From NCBI GenBank assembly GCA_037447605.1, contig CM074822.1, forward strand, positions 85,492-149,491: a stretch of DNA of 64,000 bases, read 5' to 3'. The notes beneath the pieces are model-generated. The model saw only the letters and a program-made list of their open reading frames with translations, was not told the origin of the DNA and did not search any database. This DNA comes from Zygnema circumcarinatum SAG 698-1b (Eukaryota > Plantae > Zygnematophyceae). Positions within the stretch are counted from its first letter, which is position 1; every line of letters begins with the position of its first letter. Of this stretch, positions 62,683 through 64,000 are shown piece by piece. A program made the position numbers and the translations under genes.

Positions 62683-63509
62683 AGGTGTATTGCAAAGTTG
62701 CTAAACCCGTAATTACATAGCGGCGGGTTTTAAGTTTCACTTTAACGGCTCTGGCTTTGTGCGTTCGCTCACGCGCGTTGAGGAGGGTGCCGGAGCCTTC
62801 ACTTTTGGCACGAGGCAAGCTAAGGGTACAATCCTTTGCTGCGACGTGGCCATTCATTCCACTCCAATTCTTTCTTCGGGTCCGAGGATTTTCCAATCAA
62901 GTTCTACGACAATGCAAATCCGCAAAGTAGAGGACCACGTGAATAAGCAAGCCTACATGGGGATGACCTGAAAGGGAAGTTACTGGGAGCGAATGCTCAT
63001 TGCAGTCGTATTGACTGCTTTTTTTTTTCTTTCTGCAGGGCGATGTTTAGAAGGCTCTGCTGCTGCAGTCCTTATGTTGATTACCTGAATAAATGTATGT
63101 GTGGAAAATGTATTGGGGTTGTAGGGTTTAAGGTATGTAGAGGTTCTAGGGTGTAGACCGAAAGCCCTGGAAATAAATGTTATCATTCATTGTCGGAATA
63201 AATTGAAATATGCGTCACATGCATTGGTTGTGTCGGCGTTGTCTCTGTTGTGTGAGGGCCTTATCCGCGTATGCCCACTCGCCCATCTGTCCGCCTTTCA
63301 TTCTGTCCCTCTGTTTGCTTGTCTGTCTGTCGATCTGCTCTCAAATTTTAGTTGTGAACAATAAACCAAAGCATCATGTATCATCAGCTGCACATTGTCT
63401 CAGATTGTCAAAAGGTACTACAAGCATACGGAGCATGATCGCGTGGCTGTTACTTCAGGACGAGTGGTCGTACAGTGGAAGGAAAAAAGAAGCTGGTATG
63501 TGGTATATC

Positions 63510-64000
63510 TCAGAGACTGAGCATGTGCGCCCATCTCAAATAGAGGCGGAAAACTAAATACAACAAAAGGCAGAGCCCAGAAACTGTGGACACAAACACC
63601 ACAAAGGTTTTCTCTGGGGGCTGATCATACATCCAGTTGTGAAGGTTCATTCCGCAGGAGCTGATGAAAACCAGACCCACAGTGAGAGTGCAGTTGGCAG
63701 AGCTCAGGTGCAGACGGAACTGAATCAGTTGGTTTCGACGCCGATCCAGCTCAATATTTACATAGTCTTCCGTGTCGTCAATGTTCTCCCGTAACTGCAT
63801 CATAGAGCTCCCACCTGGTTAATGAAGGGAAGCAAAATTTCGAAACTGGAGAAAGCATGGTCGTTTCACCCACTTCCCAGAGATTGATGAACAACAACAC
63901 ACACACAGATTGAGCACACACGAGATTAAGGAGCTGACGGCCTACCATGTTTAACTTGTTCAGTGTTCCGTCCACCTGCATGAAGTACGCTTCCAGAAGC
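63510..64000 (-). CDS. MRS2: MRS2/MGT (CorA-family) magnesium transporter, last two exons; the 5' part lies outside the window
   Basis: LLEAYFMQVDGTLNKLNM | LRENIDDTEDYVNIELDRRRNQLIQF..TM1-GMN-..TM2..LRWAHML-stop. Confidence 0.9.

Overview
Gene-dense, intron-rich eukaryotic nuclear DNA with about 14 genes in 64 kb. The gene set (CYCT1, chloroplast rhodaneses STR9 and STR8, PIRL, EPC1-type GT64, RKD, UPM1, MRS2) is streptophyte. A charophyte alga such as a zygnematophyte is my inference, not something the sequence proves. Genes from left to right: diverged SPAG6/PF16-like ARM protein (+), cyclin T (-), STR9 (+), PUS10 (-), PIRL (+), RINGv E3-like gene (-), GT64/EPC1 (-), RKD-type RWP-RK factor (+), TBC Rab-GAP (+), a ~1,700-aa disordered protein with a TRM13-type CCCH finger (+), STR8/TrhO-like (-), CCHC zinc-knuckle protein (+), UPM1 (+) and the 3' end of an MRS2 Mg2+ channel (-). 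Non-genic highlights: (1) bases 1-2027 are one palindrome with near-perfect outer arms and an imperfect ~200-bp core; (2) a 40-bp hairpin-forming motif occurs three times and varies with codon-like periodicity; (3) a 269-bp MITE plus an old remnant of the same family; (4) GTAC/CCGTAC clusters and CCACGT boxes upstream of most genes; (5) simple repeats that are purine-rich on the sense strand in 5' leaders but pyrimidine-rich in introns; (6) a 3.2-kb (GA)n/(TA)n tract. No rRNA, intact tRNA, CRISPR array or autonomous transposon ORF was seen. All family assignments come from motif recognition by eye, without database searches. Gene coordinates are the spans of multi-exon CDSs.
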